64,000 bases of DNA from Ignavibacteriota bacterium. Lineage in GTDB: Bacteria > Bacteroidota > Ignavibacteria > UBA10030 > CAVZMI01. Within the stretch, counting starts at the first letter, position 1. The number at the start of each line of letters is the position of its first letter. The notes beneath the pieces were generated by a model. It made no database searches. It was not told the DNA's origin and saw only the letters and a program-made list of their open reading frames with translations. Below, piece after piece: positions 19,896-31,333 of the stretch. Both the position numbers and the translations under genes were made by a program. The stretch is from positions 1-64,000 of the forward strand of contig CAVZMI010000006.1 in NCBI GenBank assembly GCA_963776275.1. Direction: 5' to 3'.

Positions 19896-22485
19896 CTATT
19901 TATTCCCATTAAATTCGAAATGAAGTGAATATGGTTCAGATATGTGATCGAAGCGTTTATTTAAATTGAAAAAACTATTTAATTTTTTGCCTGATTTTGT
20001 AAGTATGCCGATTGATTTTGTAGTATCCTGTGGATTCTTTTCTGTCTTCATTAACTCCGGATTATGATAATTGATATCAATACTCTTTCCAACACGGTGA
20101 AGTGAATGATCCTTGGCAACACCCCATTGACCGTTTATATCAAATGACCCTCCCCAAAGAAGACTCATGTCGTTTAAACTCAACGTTAACGGGATTCCAC
20201 CACCTTCTTCAGATTCAGACCAATCATAAAAGCTTAGAATTACATACAACAGATTATCTCCCATCTCAGCTGTACACCATAAATTATTAGGATGGTTTGC
20301 TGTACCTAAATCCGTCTGCCCCCATGGATTATAATATTTATCCAATTTTGTTATGTCTAAATCCGGATAGTATGTCGGCAAGATAATTATATCTGTAAAA
20401 TGTATGAGTTGTGGTACTTGAATATTCAGATTAACAGTATCAAAAACACTCGGATCAGATTTCAAATATGCTTTAATGAGATAACTTCCGGAAAATTGTG
20501 ACTGCGTAAAAGAATCCACCAAAGCTTTTCCATCTGATTGTGTAATAAGATCAAGTGTCTTTGGACCTTTTCCTCCCTGCCCAAAGAAATATCCATACTT
20601 ATCGTTGTCAAGAACTCGGTGAGCATTTGTGTAGCTATGTTGATGTCCGCCGCTGCCTTCCGTGAATTGCGCCAGTATTGTAACTCCCTCATCTCCCAAT
20701 GGTTTATCATTACAATCAGAAACCTGGATTGTAAACGACCGCCATGACTTATATCCCGGTCGATCTGCTCCTCTGCTTCTATGACTTATATTCTCAGGTG
20801 GCAGATATGGCCAAATCGTCCATGGACTATGATCTAGAATCTTCAGCTTCTTTTTCCCAACCTTCACCTCTCCCACGCCAAAATCGTTATAGTGAAATGT
20901 TTCCAGATTACAAAACTCCAGTGATGCCAACTTTGCAGGCAATTTCTTGTTACCCCGTACTAAAAGGTTTGGTGTAATATTTTTGAGCCTCGAGAGGGCA
21001 GACTGCTTCTTCATCTTTAAACTATCTTGTGTAGTCCCAATCTTCCCATCCTTAATCGAACCCGCCATACCACCCTGATCAATATACATACCGACACGAA
21101 TCTTGATCTTGCTATCTGTCGTATCCACACTATCAGCCGCAACGAATTTGAATGGAGGAAGTATATCTCTAAAATATGTATCTTTCCCGACCGATGTCAA
21201 TATCTCGCCTTTCATACAACCGTTTATTATCCCGACCTCAAACACCTGCTCGGTCGGGAATTCTTCAATACTTCCATCAGGATTTCTCTTCTTCAGTATT
21301 ATATCCGCAGTATCACCCGATGAAATATTAGACGGGTTTATCGTGACAACGATCGGTGATGGCCCGATGAGAAATCTCCATTCAACTGCTGAAATATTCG
21401 GATCACTTGTGCTGACATATAACCCAATTGTATCTGTAGTCAAAGCAATCTCTCCGTTTGCGTCAAATATGACCCTGGCAAATTCGCCATCACGCTGAAG
21501 TCCAGTGAAACTATTCCCTCTTTCACCTGTATTTAAATCTATCAATTCCCCGTATTTACCGCCTGCAGCCAGCGATATGTTCATCGTCGTACCTGCGTAA
21601 CTATCCGGTGGCACTGGACAAAGACTCCTGTCATAGAGTCCCATATATAATTCACATAAAGATCCAGAACATACGTATTCAGGTGTACTTATTTCAATTT
21701 CTGGTTCGTCTCGAAACGCATCGAGCGTTAATTGTGTCTACTACTTCTGTAAATCCATGTCGACAATCTCTAGCATCAATATACATAAGATTGGCACCTT
21801 CGTGAAGCGTGACTGTCTGTGAGGGAAAATATTCTAGCACAAAACTATCACCATCAGGATCAATAAAGGATGCGGTAACTCTGACCGTATCACCAACTAT
21901 ATAATCCGGCCCTGGAGGTTCTTGAGTTATTCCCGTGAGTATCGGCGGATCATTCGGTATAGTTAAAAATACAGTGACCCGAAACCATTCCCAATCGGTA
22001 TAGTTGGCATGCATAAAAACGAACTCCACTTTTATCCTTCCGAATTTATAGACCTCGTCATAATCATCAGTAAGCACGTTAATATGATGAGCATAAACAT
22101 ACTGAACATCTCCATCCTTAGGTTCATAAAAACAGAACATCGATACCGTGGTTCCGGTCGCGAAAACAGTACTGCCACCGGACCACCCGTAGCCACCCTG
22201 ACCAATATAATTCAGAGACAAACCCGGACTATCGAAATAAACCATTTGATCTGATCCCGCTTCCAATGTCCCCGCACACGGTGTTGACCAAGAGCATCCC
22301 ATATAACTATAACTCTTCAGTGGAGATTGTGGAACAAATGGGATGGTGGGATTTATACGGATTCTCTCGTGGATTTTAACCTGGCTTAGTGCAGATGGAG
22401 CATAAAAGAATAATAGTGCAACACAAACCAATAGGAATAATCTAAAAATCCTGATACAAGGGGTAAAAAATATACGAAATGCCAT
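19896..22485 (-). CDS. Large secreted protein with C-terminal MepA/LAS-type Zn endopeptidase-like domain; apparent frameshift ~21730
   Basis: Removing one A at ~21730 joins ORF 22485-21694 to 21644-19896 (..DTITLDAFRDEPEIEIST..MGLYD). C-terminus LNDMSL.WGG.F..DHSLHRVGKSIDI..HFEF. Confidence 0.65.
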
Positions 22486-22700
22486 TGCTTAAATCCCTTT
22501 AAGTTTGGGTTTGCACTACTTATCCTTCATATTATTACCGCAACTAAATATCGATTTGTGACAATACATTGATCGAGTAGCTGAGGGATGCCTGTTTATA
22601 CTCTTGACAGTAACTTAATACTCAAATAATGAAATGTCAATAGTTTTTAGAAAATATTTACGATGGGGGGTGAATTCAGGAGTTAGAATGCCGGTTTCAT

Positions 22701-25271
22701 CTAGTATCCTCTTGTATACACCCCGCCCTGCTTTGTAACCTTCAGATCTCTAAGTTCCGGCGCCTTGACGCGGAGTTCAAATCTGAAACCCCGGAAGTAT
22801 CCTGTAGGGTACCAGTTGAAATTCATCTCCCAGCAATGGAGATCGCGATAGATATTAACTGTGACACCTGCCACCTGCTTCGAAATTAAATCGTAGCTCC
22901 CACTCATAGTGACACGCCAGTTTTTGGTGAGCTCGAGATTTATATTTCCCTGGATATTCGAAGAACGAATCAACGAGTATGGATTCGAACGGTCGATCGA
23001 GTAATCCCATGTGAGCGAGATGTTCCAGGGGATCGAAAAAGCCGGCTCCTTATCTTGAGGACTTTTTAAACCGGTTTTTCCGCTCCTTGTGGTTGTATCA
23101 ACTGCCGTCGTTGTTGCGGACCGGCTTGATGCGCTTGATATTTTTCTTCCGCCGGATAGCGATGTCGATATATTGAACGAGAACCGGTTCAGGCGTGCAA
23201 GTCCTTGTCCATCCGATACAAGAAACCGATTGATCCGATGTGGATATCTTCCTCCCGTGGTATCGGTTTGATAAAAGCTGTATGTTGCATTTCCCCCGAC
23301 ATTAATCACACCGCCAAAATCAGTACGGTAATTAAGATTGAGATCCGAAAGACGAAGGCTATCGGCTGCTAGATTGTACGAAATATTGGCACCGAGATAG
23401 AGCAACTGATATTTTTCGGCTTCCTTTGTCGTATCGGTCTGCTCGGCTTTCGCTTCAAAATTATTTGAAATACTTAAGCTAATATTTTGCTGTTCGCCTG
23501 CAGAGGCACCACCATAGAGACTCTGCTCATAACGATCGTACCTAACGGTTGTACCAGCTTTTGCATCATAATATTGGCCGTAATAGCCCCAAAAGGACTT
23601 ACTAAAATCCGGGGTATAATTGTAACTGAGGCTCGGCATGAGGGTGTGGCGGAATCCCTGCAGCCCGAATACCCGGATAGGAAAAATTCCGTAGAGTTTT
23701 GCCGACGCTGAGAGTCCTGTCGAGAATGTGCGCACAGCTTTAAAGCCTTTATTGACGCGGGTTTTTACCGTAGAATCCGCCGTATAAAATTCCTTATCGA
23801 TGTTTTCAGGATACCATCGTTCATGGTAGCTGATTTGAGGCGAGATGGTTATATATCCTGCTTTGGGAGAAGCTGATATGCTCACATCATGACTTGCCCC
23901 GTAGCGGGTGGTTTCATCGAATGTTCCGGCTGAATCGTTCCGACTCGTTTTATCATACTCGCTCGAGAATTGACCGCTATAATTTACCCCGATTAATTCA
24001 TACCATGCAAAATCGCCCGAGGCACTTTTTCCACGCTTACTCCGTCGAAACGGATACGATTGAGAATGAGAGAAGCTGAGACTGGGCAGTCGCATCCGGA
24101 TATTTCCATTTCGCAGGTCCTGATCCCGATAAAGGTTAATCGTAGCGCTGTTTGGTGTTCCCTCCCAGCTTTTGCTCAGTGTGGCATTCGAGACAATGTT
24201 CTGGCGAAGATAATCGTTCAGATTTGTCGTAGTATTTTGATAATATGATGAACTTGCAAATGAAAAGTCGACATCCAGCCTTGTAGTCGGATTGAAATTT
24301 TGATGGTGGGTAATGCTGAGATTGTAATCCCGTTGAGTTAGATAACCGGGATCAGACTGCAGACCGTAATGCTCATTCGTCCAATTCGCACTCAGACTGC
24401 CGTCGAATTTATATCGTAGCGCGTAATTGAAAACGCCGTGAAATACCCAGCCTCCTTTTGTGTACCAATCGGCCCGTGCCGTAAGATCGGTATAATCGCT
24501 CATTGCCCAATAATAGCCCCCGCCTGAGAGATAGCGGCCGAGTCGCGCATCTTCACCAAACGACGGAGCAATGATACCCGAGCGTCGGCCGCGCTCGTTT
24601 GGAAAAACGCCGAAAGGAAGTGCAAAGACCGGCACATCGGCAATATAGAGGTAAATAGGTTCCGCAATAATTTTATCATGTGGAATTACTTTCATCCTGC
24701 TGCTTGCAAAATGATAATGAGGCTCGGGCTTGTCACACGTCGTATACCGGCCGTCCGAAACGAAAAGAACATCCTTATCCATTTTTCGGATTTCTTCACC
24801 ATAGTAAAACGCACCGCTCGACTCAGTTTCTGCCAGCTTTATCATTCCTCGCTGGGTCTTGAAATTATAGGCGATCTGTGCACCCGTGTATTGTTCACCG
24901 CCGTCGGACATTACAGGGTTACCTGTCATTTTCTTTCCCGTCGAATCGGTAGAATCCTTCACGCCGTACGCGACAAGCGTCGATGTATTCCAGTTGATAT
25001 CGACCCGTTCGGCTTTAAGTCTCGTCTCTCGATACCCGATATCTCCCTTTCCATACATTTTCATAAATCGTGTAACCGGCGAAAAGCTGATGGAATCTGA
25101 TGCACTGTATACGACAACAGTATCGACACCGCTTCGTGATGTTGTATCGGGTATGGTAACTTGTTTCGCCGTATCAACCGGAACGCGCAGTGAATCACTG
25201 ATCGTCTGTCCGGTAATGACGACATACGGAAAGCACGCCAGGAGTATTATGGAGAAAAATATCTTCACCAA
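22701..25271 (-). CDS. lptD: Putative LPS-assembly protein LptD
   Basis: OstA-like N-domain, YTTCD.PEPHY, RRSGII, C-terminal RDLHCWEM.F.W.P. Confidence 0.88.
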   Translation of the reverse strand: MVKIFFSIILLACFPYVVITGQTISDSLRVPVDTAKQVTIPDTTSRSGVDTVVVYSASDSISFSPVTRFMKMYGKGDIGYRETRLKAERVDINWNTSTLVAYGVKDSTDSTGKKMTGNPVMSDGGEQYTGAQIAYNFKTQRGMIKLAETESSGAFYYGEEIRKMDKDVLFVSDGRYTTCDKPEPHYHFASSRMKVIPHDKIIAEPIYLYIADVPVFALPFGVFPNERGRRSGIIAPSFGEDARLGRYLSGGGYYWAMSDYTDLTARADWYTKGGWVFHGVFNYALRYKFDGSLSANWTNEHYGLQSDPGYLTQRDYNLSITHHQNFNPTTRLDVDFSFASSSYYQNTTTNLNDYLRQNIVSNATLSKSWEGTPNSATINLYRDQDLRNGNIRMRLPSLSFSHSQSYPFRRSKRGKSASGDFAWYELIGVNYSGQFSSEYDKTSRNDSAGTFDETTRYGASHDVSISASPKAGYITISPQISYHERWYPENIDKEFYTADSTVKTRVNKGFKAVRTFSTGLSASAKLYGIFPIRVFGLQGFRHTLMPSLSYNYTPDFSKSFWGYYGQYYDAKAGTTVRYDRYEQSLYGGASAGEQQNISLSISNNFEAKAEQTDTTKEAEKYQLLYLGANISYNLAADSLRLSDLNLNYRTDFGGVINVGGNATYSFYQTDTTGGRYPHRINRFLVSDGQGLARLNRFSFNISTSLSGGRKISSASSRSATTTAVDTTTRSGKTGLKSPQDKEPAFSIPWNISLTWDYSIDRSNPYSLIRSSNIQGNINLELTKNWRVTMSGSYDLISKQVAGVTVNIYRDLHCWEMNFNWYPTGYFRGFRFELRVKAPELRDLKVTKQGGVYTRGY

Positions 25272-25277
25272 TTGCTG

Positions 25278-26234
25278 TTATGATTGAAAGATAAGACTTG
25301 CAGCACCGAGAATGCCTGCCCTGTTACCCAACATTGCAGGGATAATACGAACTCCGGGACGAATTGATGAGATGACTCGTGATCTGGCAGATTGTTCGAT
25401 TGCATCCATAAGGATCTTACCGGCGGCCGCCACACCTCCGCCGACGACGATTGTCCGCAGATCGAGGAGATTTAATACAGTCGCCATTGCAGCACCGATG
25501 ATCGTGCCAGTTTCCCGCAGCACATCGATCGCAAATTGGTCTCCGGCAGAAGCGGCCTGAGAAATAATCAGCGGTTCGATTTTGGTATAGTCGCCCGCAA
25601 CGAGGTCATGAATCTTCGACTGTGCACCTCTCCGGATTTTTTCGGCTGTTCGGCGGGAAAGATATTTTTGTCCTACATAAGCTTCAAGACACCCCGTGCC
25701 GCCACAATTGCACTTTGCCCCCTGATAATCGACGGTAACGTGCCCGATTTCGCCCGCTCCACCGAACAATCCGCGATAGATTTTGTCGTCGAGAATAATG
25801 CCACCTCCGACACCTGTACCGAGTGTGATCATAAGAAAACTTTTTTCTCCTATTGCTGCACCGAATCGTGCTTCACCAAGAGCCGCAACATTGGCATCAT
25901 TTTCAATCTCAATAGGGAGATCACATTGCGAGGCAAGTTGTTCGTTCAATCTCACCACTTCCCATCCCGGGAGATTCGGAGGATAGCTCACCGTTTTCCC
26001 ATCGAGCGAGACAATACCCGGCATGCCCAGTCCGACACCCTTTATTACCGCGCGATCATTGCTCTTGAGAATATACCGAATTCCCGCGAGGATTTGACCA
26101 ATAACATGTGTCGGTCCTTGTTCTGCTTCCGTTGGTAGAACGTACTCATGCGAAATTTCGCCTTTCGCGGTAACAACACCGAATTTTATCCGTGTACCAC
26201 CGAGATCGACGGCTATGGCTGTCTGTACAGTCAT
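25278..26234 (-). CDS. ROK-family glucokinase
   Basis: DLGGT, ENDAN, TLGTGVGGG, GEIGH, CNCGGTGCLE. Confidence 0.93.
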   Translation of the reverse strand: MTVQTAIAVDLGGTRIKFGVVTAKGEISHEYVLPTEAEQGPTHVIGQILAGIRYILKSNDRAVIKGVGLGMPGIVSLDGKTVSYPPNLPGWEVVRLNEQLASQCDLPIEIENDANVAALGEARFGAAIGEKSFLMITLGTGVGGGIILDDKIYRGLFGGAGEIGHVTVDYQGAKCNCGGTGCLEAYVGQKYLSRRTAEKIRRGAQSKIHDLVAGDYTKIEPLIISQAASAGDQFAIDVLRETGTIIGAAMATVLNLLDLRTIVVGGGVAAAGKILMDAIEQSARSRVISSIRPGVRIIPAMLGNRAGILGAASLIFQS

Positions 26235-27563
26235 CGTTTTTTATTCCTCCACCATTCATTTAGACGCTCACGAATGTTCTTTTCCCTGCCGTTATCGGTA
26301 GGTTTGTAATATATTTTATCCTTAAGATTTTCGGGTAGAAATTGCTGTTCAACAAAATGACCGGTATAACTATGCGCATATTTGTACTCTTTTCCATATC
26401 CAAGCGATTCCATCAACTGCGTCGGCGCATTACGCAGATGAAGGGGAACCGATAGATTCGGAAGATTTTTCACATCATTCGCCGCTTCCATGATCGCGAG
26501 ATACGCCGCATTGCTTTTGGGAGCGCTGGCCAGATACGTCGCGCAGTGCGATAGAACAATCCGTGCTTCAGGCATACCGATATAATCAACGGCAGTGAAA
26601 CAATTGGTCGCGATAACGAGTGCAAAAGGATCGGCATTCCCGATATCTTCCGATGCAAGAACAATCATACGTCGTGCAATGAATTTCGGATCCTCGCCGC
26701 CGTCGAGCATTCGTGCAAGCCAGTAGACGGCTGCATCTGGATCGCTTCCGCGGAGACTTTTTATGAATGCCGAGATAATATTATAATGCTCTTCACCGCT
26801 TTTGTCATAGCGTGCGTATTTTCGCTGGAACGCCTCTTCAAGAATTTCACGATTAATTTTTCTACGGCCTTCTTTGTCAGGCTTCGCGATGTTCGCTGCA
26901 ATCTCGAGTCCGTTCAACATGATTCGAGCATCGCCAGCCCCCAACAAAATCAGATAGTCGCGGTCTGAAAGATCAATCTTTTTCAATTGCAGTATGGCGT
27001 CTTTTTCAATCGCCATATCTATAATCTGATTAAGCTCTTCGTGTGAAAGTTCGTTCATCACAAGAACGCGGCATCGCGAGAGCAACGGCGCAATAACTTC
27101 GAACGAGGGATTCTCTGTTGTCGCTCCGATGAGCGTTATCACTCCATCTTCGACGCTGTGAAGCAGCGCATCCTGCTGTGCCTTGTTGAACCGATGAATT
27201 TCGTCGATGAACAGGATCGATCGTTTATCGAGACGCCTGCGTGATATGTCGGCTTTTTCCAGAATATCGCGGACATCCTTCACACCGGATGAAACTGCGT
27301 TTAATTGGTAAAAATCAGCCTTCGTATGTTCCGCAATAATTCGTGCCAGTGTTGTCTTCCCCACTCCGGGAGGGTCCCCAGAAAATTATTGAGGCAACCT
27401 GATCCTGTTCGATCATCAATCGCAGAGGTTTACCTTCACCAAGAATATGCGTCTGACCGACAAAGTCCTCGAGCCGTGCCGGCCGGATTCGTTCGGCAAG
27501 CGGAGTGCCGGCAAGAGAATCGCGGGACCGACGTATACTTTTTTTATCGGCGAAAAGTTCCAT
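26231..27563 (-). CDS. rarA: Replication-associated recombination protein A; apparent frameshift ~27372 in Walker A
   Basis: PLAERIRP..FVGQ.H, FWGP(PGV)GKTT, IDEIHRFNKAQQD, SAFIKSLRGSD. Confidence 0.93.
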
Positions 27564-27663
27564 GAGTCCTAAAACGAAAAAAACCAATCTCCCGCCAGAG
27601 TGAGAAAACTGGATTACCGATAAGTGGCAGGACAGGATTGGCTGGCTGATTACTATTTACTTC

Positions 27664-28008
27664 CTACTTTGAACGATGAACACGGTAGAGTGTTTCTCCA
27701 TCACGGACCATTCCATATCGTTCACGGGCAACTTTCTCTATTGTCGCCCGATCGCCATCAAGGAGTCTTGAAAAATGCTGCAGTTCTTCCCCTTCCTTCT
27801 GTAATTCCCTGACCTTGAGTTCCAGCGCCTGTTTCTGACTTTCCAATTTCATCCGCTGGAGCAACCCCCTGTTATTAAAGAGGACGAACAGCAGTAAAGG
27901 ACCGGCAATCGAGAGGAGAACAATCAGTCTTTTATTCTGGATAACCGATCTGACGATCGTCCTCCAACCTCCTGTGCGTTTCTCTCGGCGATAAAATCGG
28001 CTTTCCAT
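27664..28008 (-). CDS. ftsB: Septum formation initiator FtsB/DivIC family
   Basis: TM, coiled coil, IEKVARERYGMVRDGE. Confidence 0.85.
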   Translation of the reverse strand: MESRFYRREKRTGGWRTIVRSVIQNKRLIVLLSIAGPLLLFVLFNNRGLLQRMKLESQKQALELKVRELQKEGEELQHFSRLLDGDRATIEKVARERYGMVRDGETLYRVHRSK

Positions 28009-28083
28009 CGTATCCTAATGTAACGTTTCTTCACTCTTTTTTCAAGGGATTTATTCACTCATACCAATAGTGTACTTTATTTT

Positions 28084-30336
28084 CTATTGCGCTTCCTGTG
28101 CTCCCATTACAGCAACTGCCGTCATATTAACGATATCATTGACATCGTTGCTCATTTGCAGCAGGTGCACCGGTTTATTTATGCCCATCAGGATCGGTCC
28201 GAGTGTCTCAGCAGCCGCAAGTTTGAGCAGTAATTTTGCCGCGATTGTCGACGAGGCAAGATCAGGGAAGATCATCACATTCGCCGCCCCCTTGAGAGTG
28301 CTGAAGGGGTACAGCGTATTGATCAACTCGGGCGAGAGTGCAACATCGGCCTGCATCTCACCATCAACCATTAAATTCGGATCTTTTGCCTTCACAAGCT
28401 CCGTTGCCTTTCGCATTTTTTCGGATGTCGGATGCTTCACACTTCCAAAACTGCTGTATGAAAGCATTGCAATTCTCGGTTCGACATCGAACCGGCGGAC
28501 TTCATCGGCGACCAGCAGCGTAATATCGGCAAGCTGCTCGGCTGTAGGCTCGATATTTATCGTCGTATCGGCGAAGAACAGGAGTTGGTTTTTGAACATG
28601 ACCATATAGAGACCGGCAATTGTCGACTTCCCAGCCTTAGGTTTGATGATTTGAAGTGCCGGGCGCACCGTCTCGGGGAAATGCTGGGTTAAACCGGCTA
28701 TCAGACCATCGGCATCACCCATCTCGACCATCACAAGTCCATAATGATTACTCGACCGTATAAGAAATCGCGCTTCATTGATTGTCATTCCCTTTCGTTT
28801 CCGGAGTTCGAATAGCCGTACAGCATATGTTTCGGCCCTCTCGGATTTTGTCGGATTGATCAATTCGACGCCGTTCAGATCCAGTCCAAGTTCCTGAATA
28901 CGTTGTCTGATCGCCGTGCGGCTGCCGAGAAGGATCGGTTTGGCAATTTTTTCATCGAGAATGATCTGACAGGCACGAAGAATTTTGTCTTCGATTCCTT
29001 CTGGAAAGACAATGCGTTTTGGATTACGCTGGGCTTTATGAATGCAAATACGAACGATTTCTTTTGCCCGGCCGAAACGCGCCTCAAGGCAATCCCTGTA
29101 TTCATCGATATCCTTGATCTTAACGCGGGCGACGCCGCACTTCATTGCTGCCTCTGCAACCGCCGGAGCTTCCCATAGCAATACACGCGGATCAAGCGGT
29201 TTCGGAATGATATATTCTTTTCCGAAACGGATCGGCCTGTCGCCGTAGGCACGGATAACCGAATCAGGAACATCCTGCTTTGCAAGCTTTGCCAGAGCAT
29301 AGGCGGCGGCTACTTTCATTTCATCGGTGATTGCCGTCGCGCGACAGTCCAGAGCCCCGCGGAAAATAAAGGGGAATCCGAGCACGTTGTTGACCTGGTT
29401 CGGGTAATCCGAACGCCCGGTGGCCATGATGAGATCGTCACGCGCAGATGTTGCATCTTCATACGAAATCTCCGCATCGGGATTTGCCATGGCGAAGGCA
29501 ACGGGTTTATCCGCCATTGAACGGATCATTTCTTTTGTGACGACGCCTTTCACCGAAACACCACAGAAGACATCGGCCCCTTTCATGACTTCGGCAAGCG
29601 TCCGTTTTTCCGTCTCGGCGGCAAAATATTCTTTGTACCGATTCATCCCTTCGGTGCGTCCTTTGTAGATTACACCTTTCGTATCGCACATGACCATATT
29701 TTTACGATTGACGCCCAGCATCTCATAGAATTTCGCGCATGCGATTCCAGCCGCTCCCGCACCGTTGAACACCACCTTGATATCTACGATTTTCTTCCCG
29801 ACTATTTCAAGCGCGTTGAGCAGAGCCGCACCGCTGATGATCGCCGTCCCGTGTTGATCGTCATGGAACACCGGTATGCTCATGATCTTTTTTAGTTGTT
29901 CTTCTATGTAGAAACACTCTGGCGCCTTGATGTCTTCGAGATTTATACCGCCGAATGTCGGTTCAAGGGCTTTCACGATTCTCACTATTTCTTCCTGATC
30001 GTGTGTGTTTAATTCAATATCGAACACATCGATGTCGGCAAATCGTTTGAATAATACTCCTTTCCCTTCCATGACCGGCTTCCCAGCAAGTGCGCCGATG
30101 TCGCCGAGTCCTAATACAGCCGTTCCATTGGAAACTACTGCAACAAGATTTCCTTTCGCCGTATAGAGATAGGCATCATCCGGGTTGCCCTGAATTTCTA
30201 GGCACGGCTCGGCGACACCCGGAGTATAAGCAAGAGAAAGATCGCGCTGCGTCGCACACGGCTTTGTTAGTGTGACTTCGATTTTTCCTTTGCGTCCCTG
30301 CGAATGGTAATCAAGTGCGTCTTGTTTTCGGATCAT
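28084..30336 (-). CDS. maeB: NADP-dependent malic enzyme with PTA domain
   Basis: [41 protein letters not shown]-terminal DGEMQAD. Confidence 0.96.
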   Translation of the reverse strand: MIRKQDALDYHSQGRKGKIEVTLTKPCATQRDLSLAYTPGVAEPCLEIQGNPDDAYLYTAKGNLVAVVSNGTAVLGLGDIGALAGKPVMEGKGVLFKRFADIDVFDIELNTHDQEEIVRIVKALEPTFGGINLEDIKAPECFYIEEQLKKIMSIPVFHDDQHGTAIISGAALLNALEIVGKKIVDIKVVFNGAGAAGIACAKFYEMLGVNRKNMVMCDTKGVIYKGRTEGMNRYKEYFAAETEKRTLAEVMKGADVFCGVSVKGVVTKEMIRSMADKPVAFAMANPDAEISYEDATSARDDLIMATGRSDYPNQVNNVLGFPFIFRGALDCRATAITDEMKVAAAYALAKLAKQDVPDSVIRAYGDRPIRFGKEYIIPKPLDPRVLLWEAPAVAEAAMKCGVARVKIKDIDEYRDCLEARFGRAKEIVRICIHKAQRNPKRIVFPEGIEDKILRACQIILDEKIAKPILLGSRTAIRQRIQELGLDLNGVELINPTKSERAETYAVRLFELRKRKGMTINEARFLIRSSNHYGLVMVEMGDADGLIAGLTQHFPETVRPALQIIKPKAGKSTIAGLYMVMFKNQLLFFADTTINIEPTAEQLADITLLVADEVRRFDVEPRIAMLSYSSFGSVKHPTSEKMRKATELVKAKDPNLMVDGEMQADVALSPELINTLYPFSTLKGAANVMIFPDLASSTIAAKLLLKLAAAETLGPILMGINKPVHLLQMSNDVNDIVNMTAVAVMGAQEAQ

Positions 30337-30694
30337 ACTTATTTCCTTTTTTCATTTATTCGAAGATTATACTTCATCGCTATGTGAAGAATAAATTATG
30401 GCCACTATAAAACATGATTTTCTTGACAGTAAATAATTCCTTGACGACAAAATCGCTGGAGAGTGGCGGCCAGAAGCGGGGTCGTGTGTAGGCGCAATTT
30501 CGCGCGTTTCTCTGCCACGCTCTAGAATACGGTGAGGCAGATCCGCCTTCGGCGGAGATCGAGGCACATAAAAAGAAACCCAATGAATTATCCATGCATG
30601 CTAAGGCCGAGATCGACGGATTTGTTTCCGCCATTTCAACAGTGCGCGATGGATGCAACTTCACGCGGGTTGCGATTTTGTCAGGCTTTCTTTC

Positions 30695-30724
30695 TGTCCC
30701 TTTCTTTCCGGAAAGAAAGGGACA
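30695..30724. repeat. Perfect 30-bp palindrome within a GC-rich intergenic element (~30455-30730)
   Basis: TGTCCCTTTCTTTCC|GGAAAGAAAGGGACA. Confidence 0.8.
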
Positions 30725-30800
30725 AAAAAACATTTCTATCAATCTATTTTAAGAAAATTTGCTGTTCCTTCATTAATAAAATTAATTAGTTGAAGAAGTA

Positions 30801-31109
30801 TCAGAATGAAAAAGAAAAAAGCAGCATCAATGTAAGAATTATGATCATCATCGGAAAGGTGGAAACAAATGCAATCCAGACAATCCACATCGGCCGATGC
30901 CATGCTGCATTATTACGTTTGATTAGTTTTTCGACGATGTAATTCCCGAGGAGGGCTGAAACTGCAATGACGGCCAGTAGACCTGATGTTGTAAGACGGA
31001 TTGGGATTCGTTCAGGATGAATACGGTCGATGATTCCGGCGGTGAGCAGGCCAATAAGTAATCCGTACACTCCCCCCAACCAGATTGATGTGGGTTTTTC
31101 AAGTTGCAT
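30801..31109 (-). CDS. Small hypothetical membrane protein (3 TM)
   Basis: Three hydrophobic segments; GAAGG upstream of the ATG. Confidence 0.55.
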   Translation of the reverse strand: MQLEKPTSIWLGGVYGLLIGLLTAGIIDRIHPERIPIRLTTSGLLAVIAVSALLGNYIVEKLIKRNNAAWHRPMWIVWIAFVSTFPMMIIILTLMLLFSFSF

Positions 31110-31333
31110 TGTACCTTCAATGGGCGTAACTGCATACCGCGGACTAATATCAAGAAAGAAGGGGAGAATAGCAAGAAGAATGAAGGGCTGAATACATCAA
31201 CCATAAGACCTTATGAGTTTATATACCTTACTTTTAGAACGAATGCTCGAACGATAAATTTCTAAATAAATTCATATCGGAACCCACTGAAGCAAACAAA
31301 ACAGGCTGTATTATGCCCGGAACAATCTGTAAA

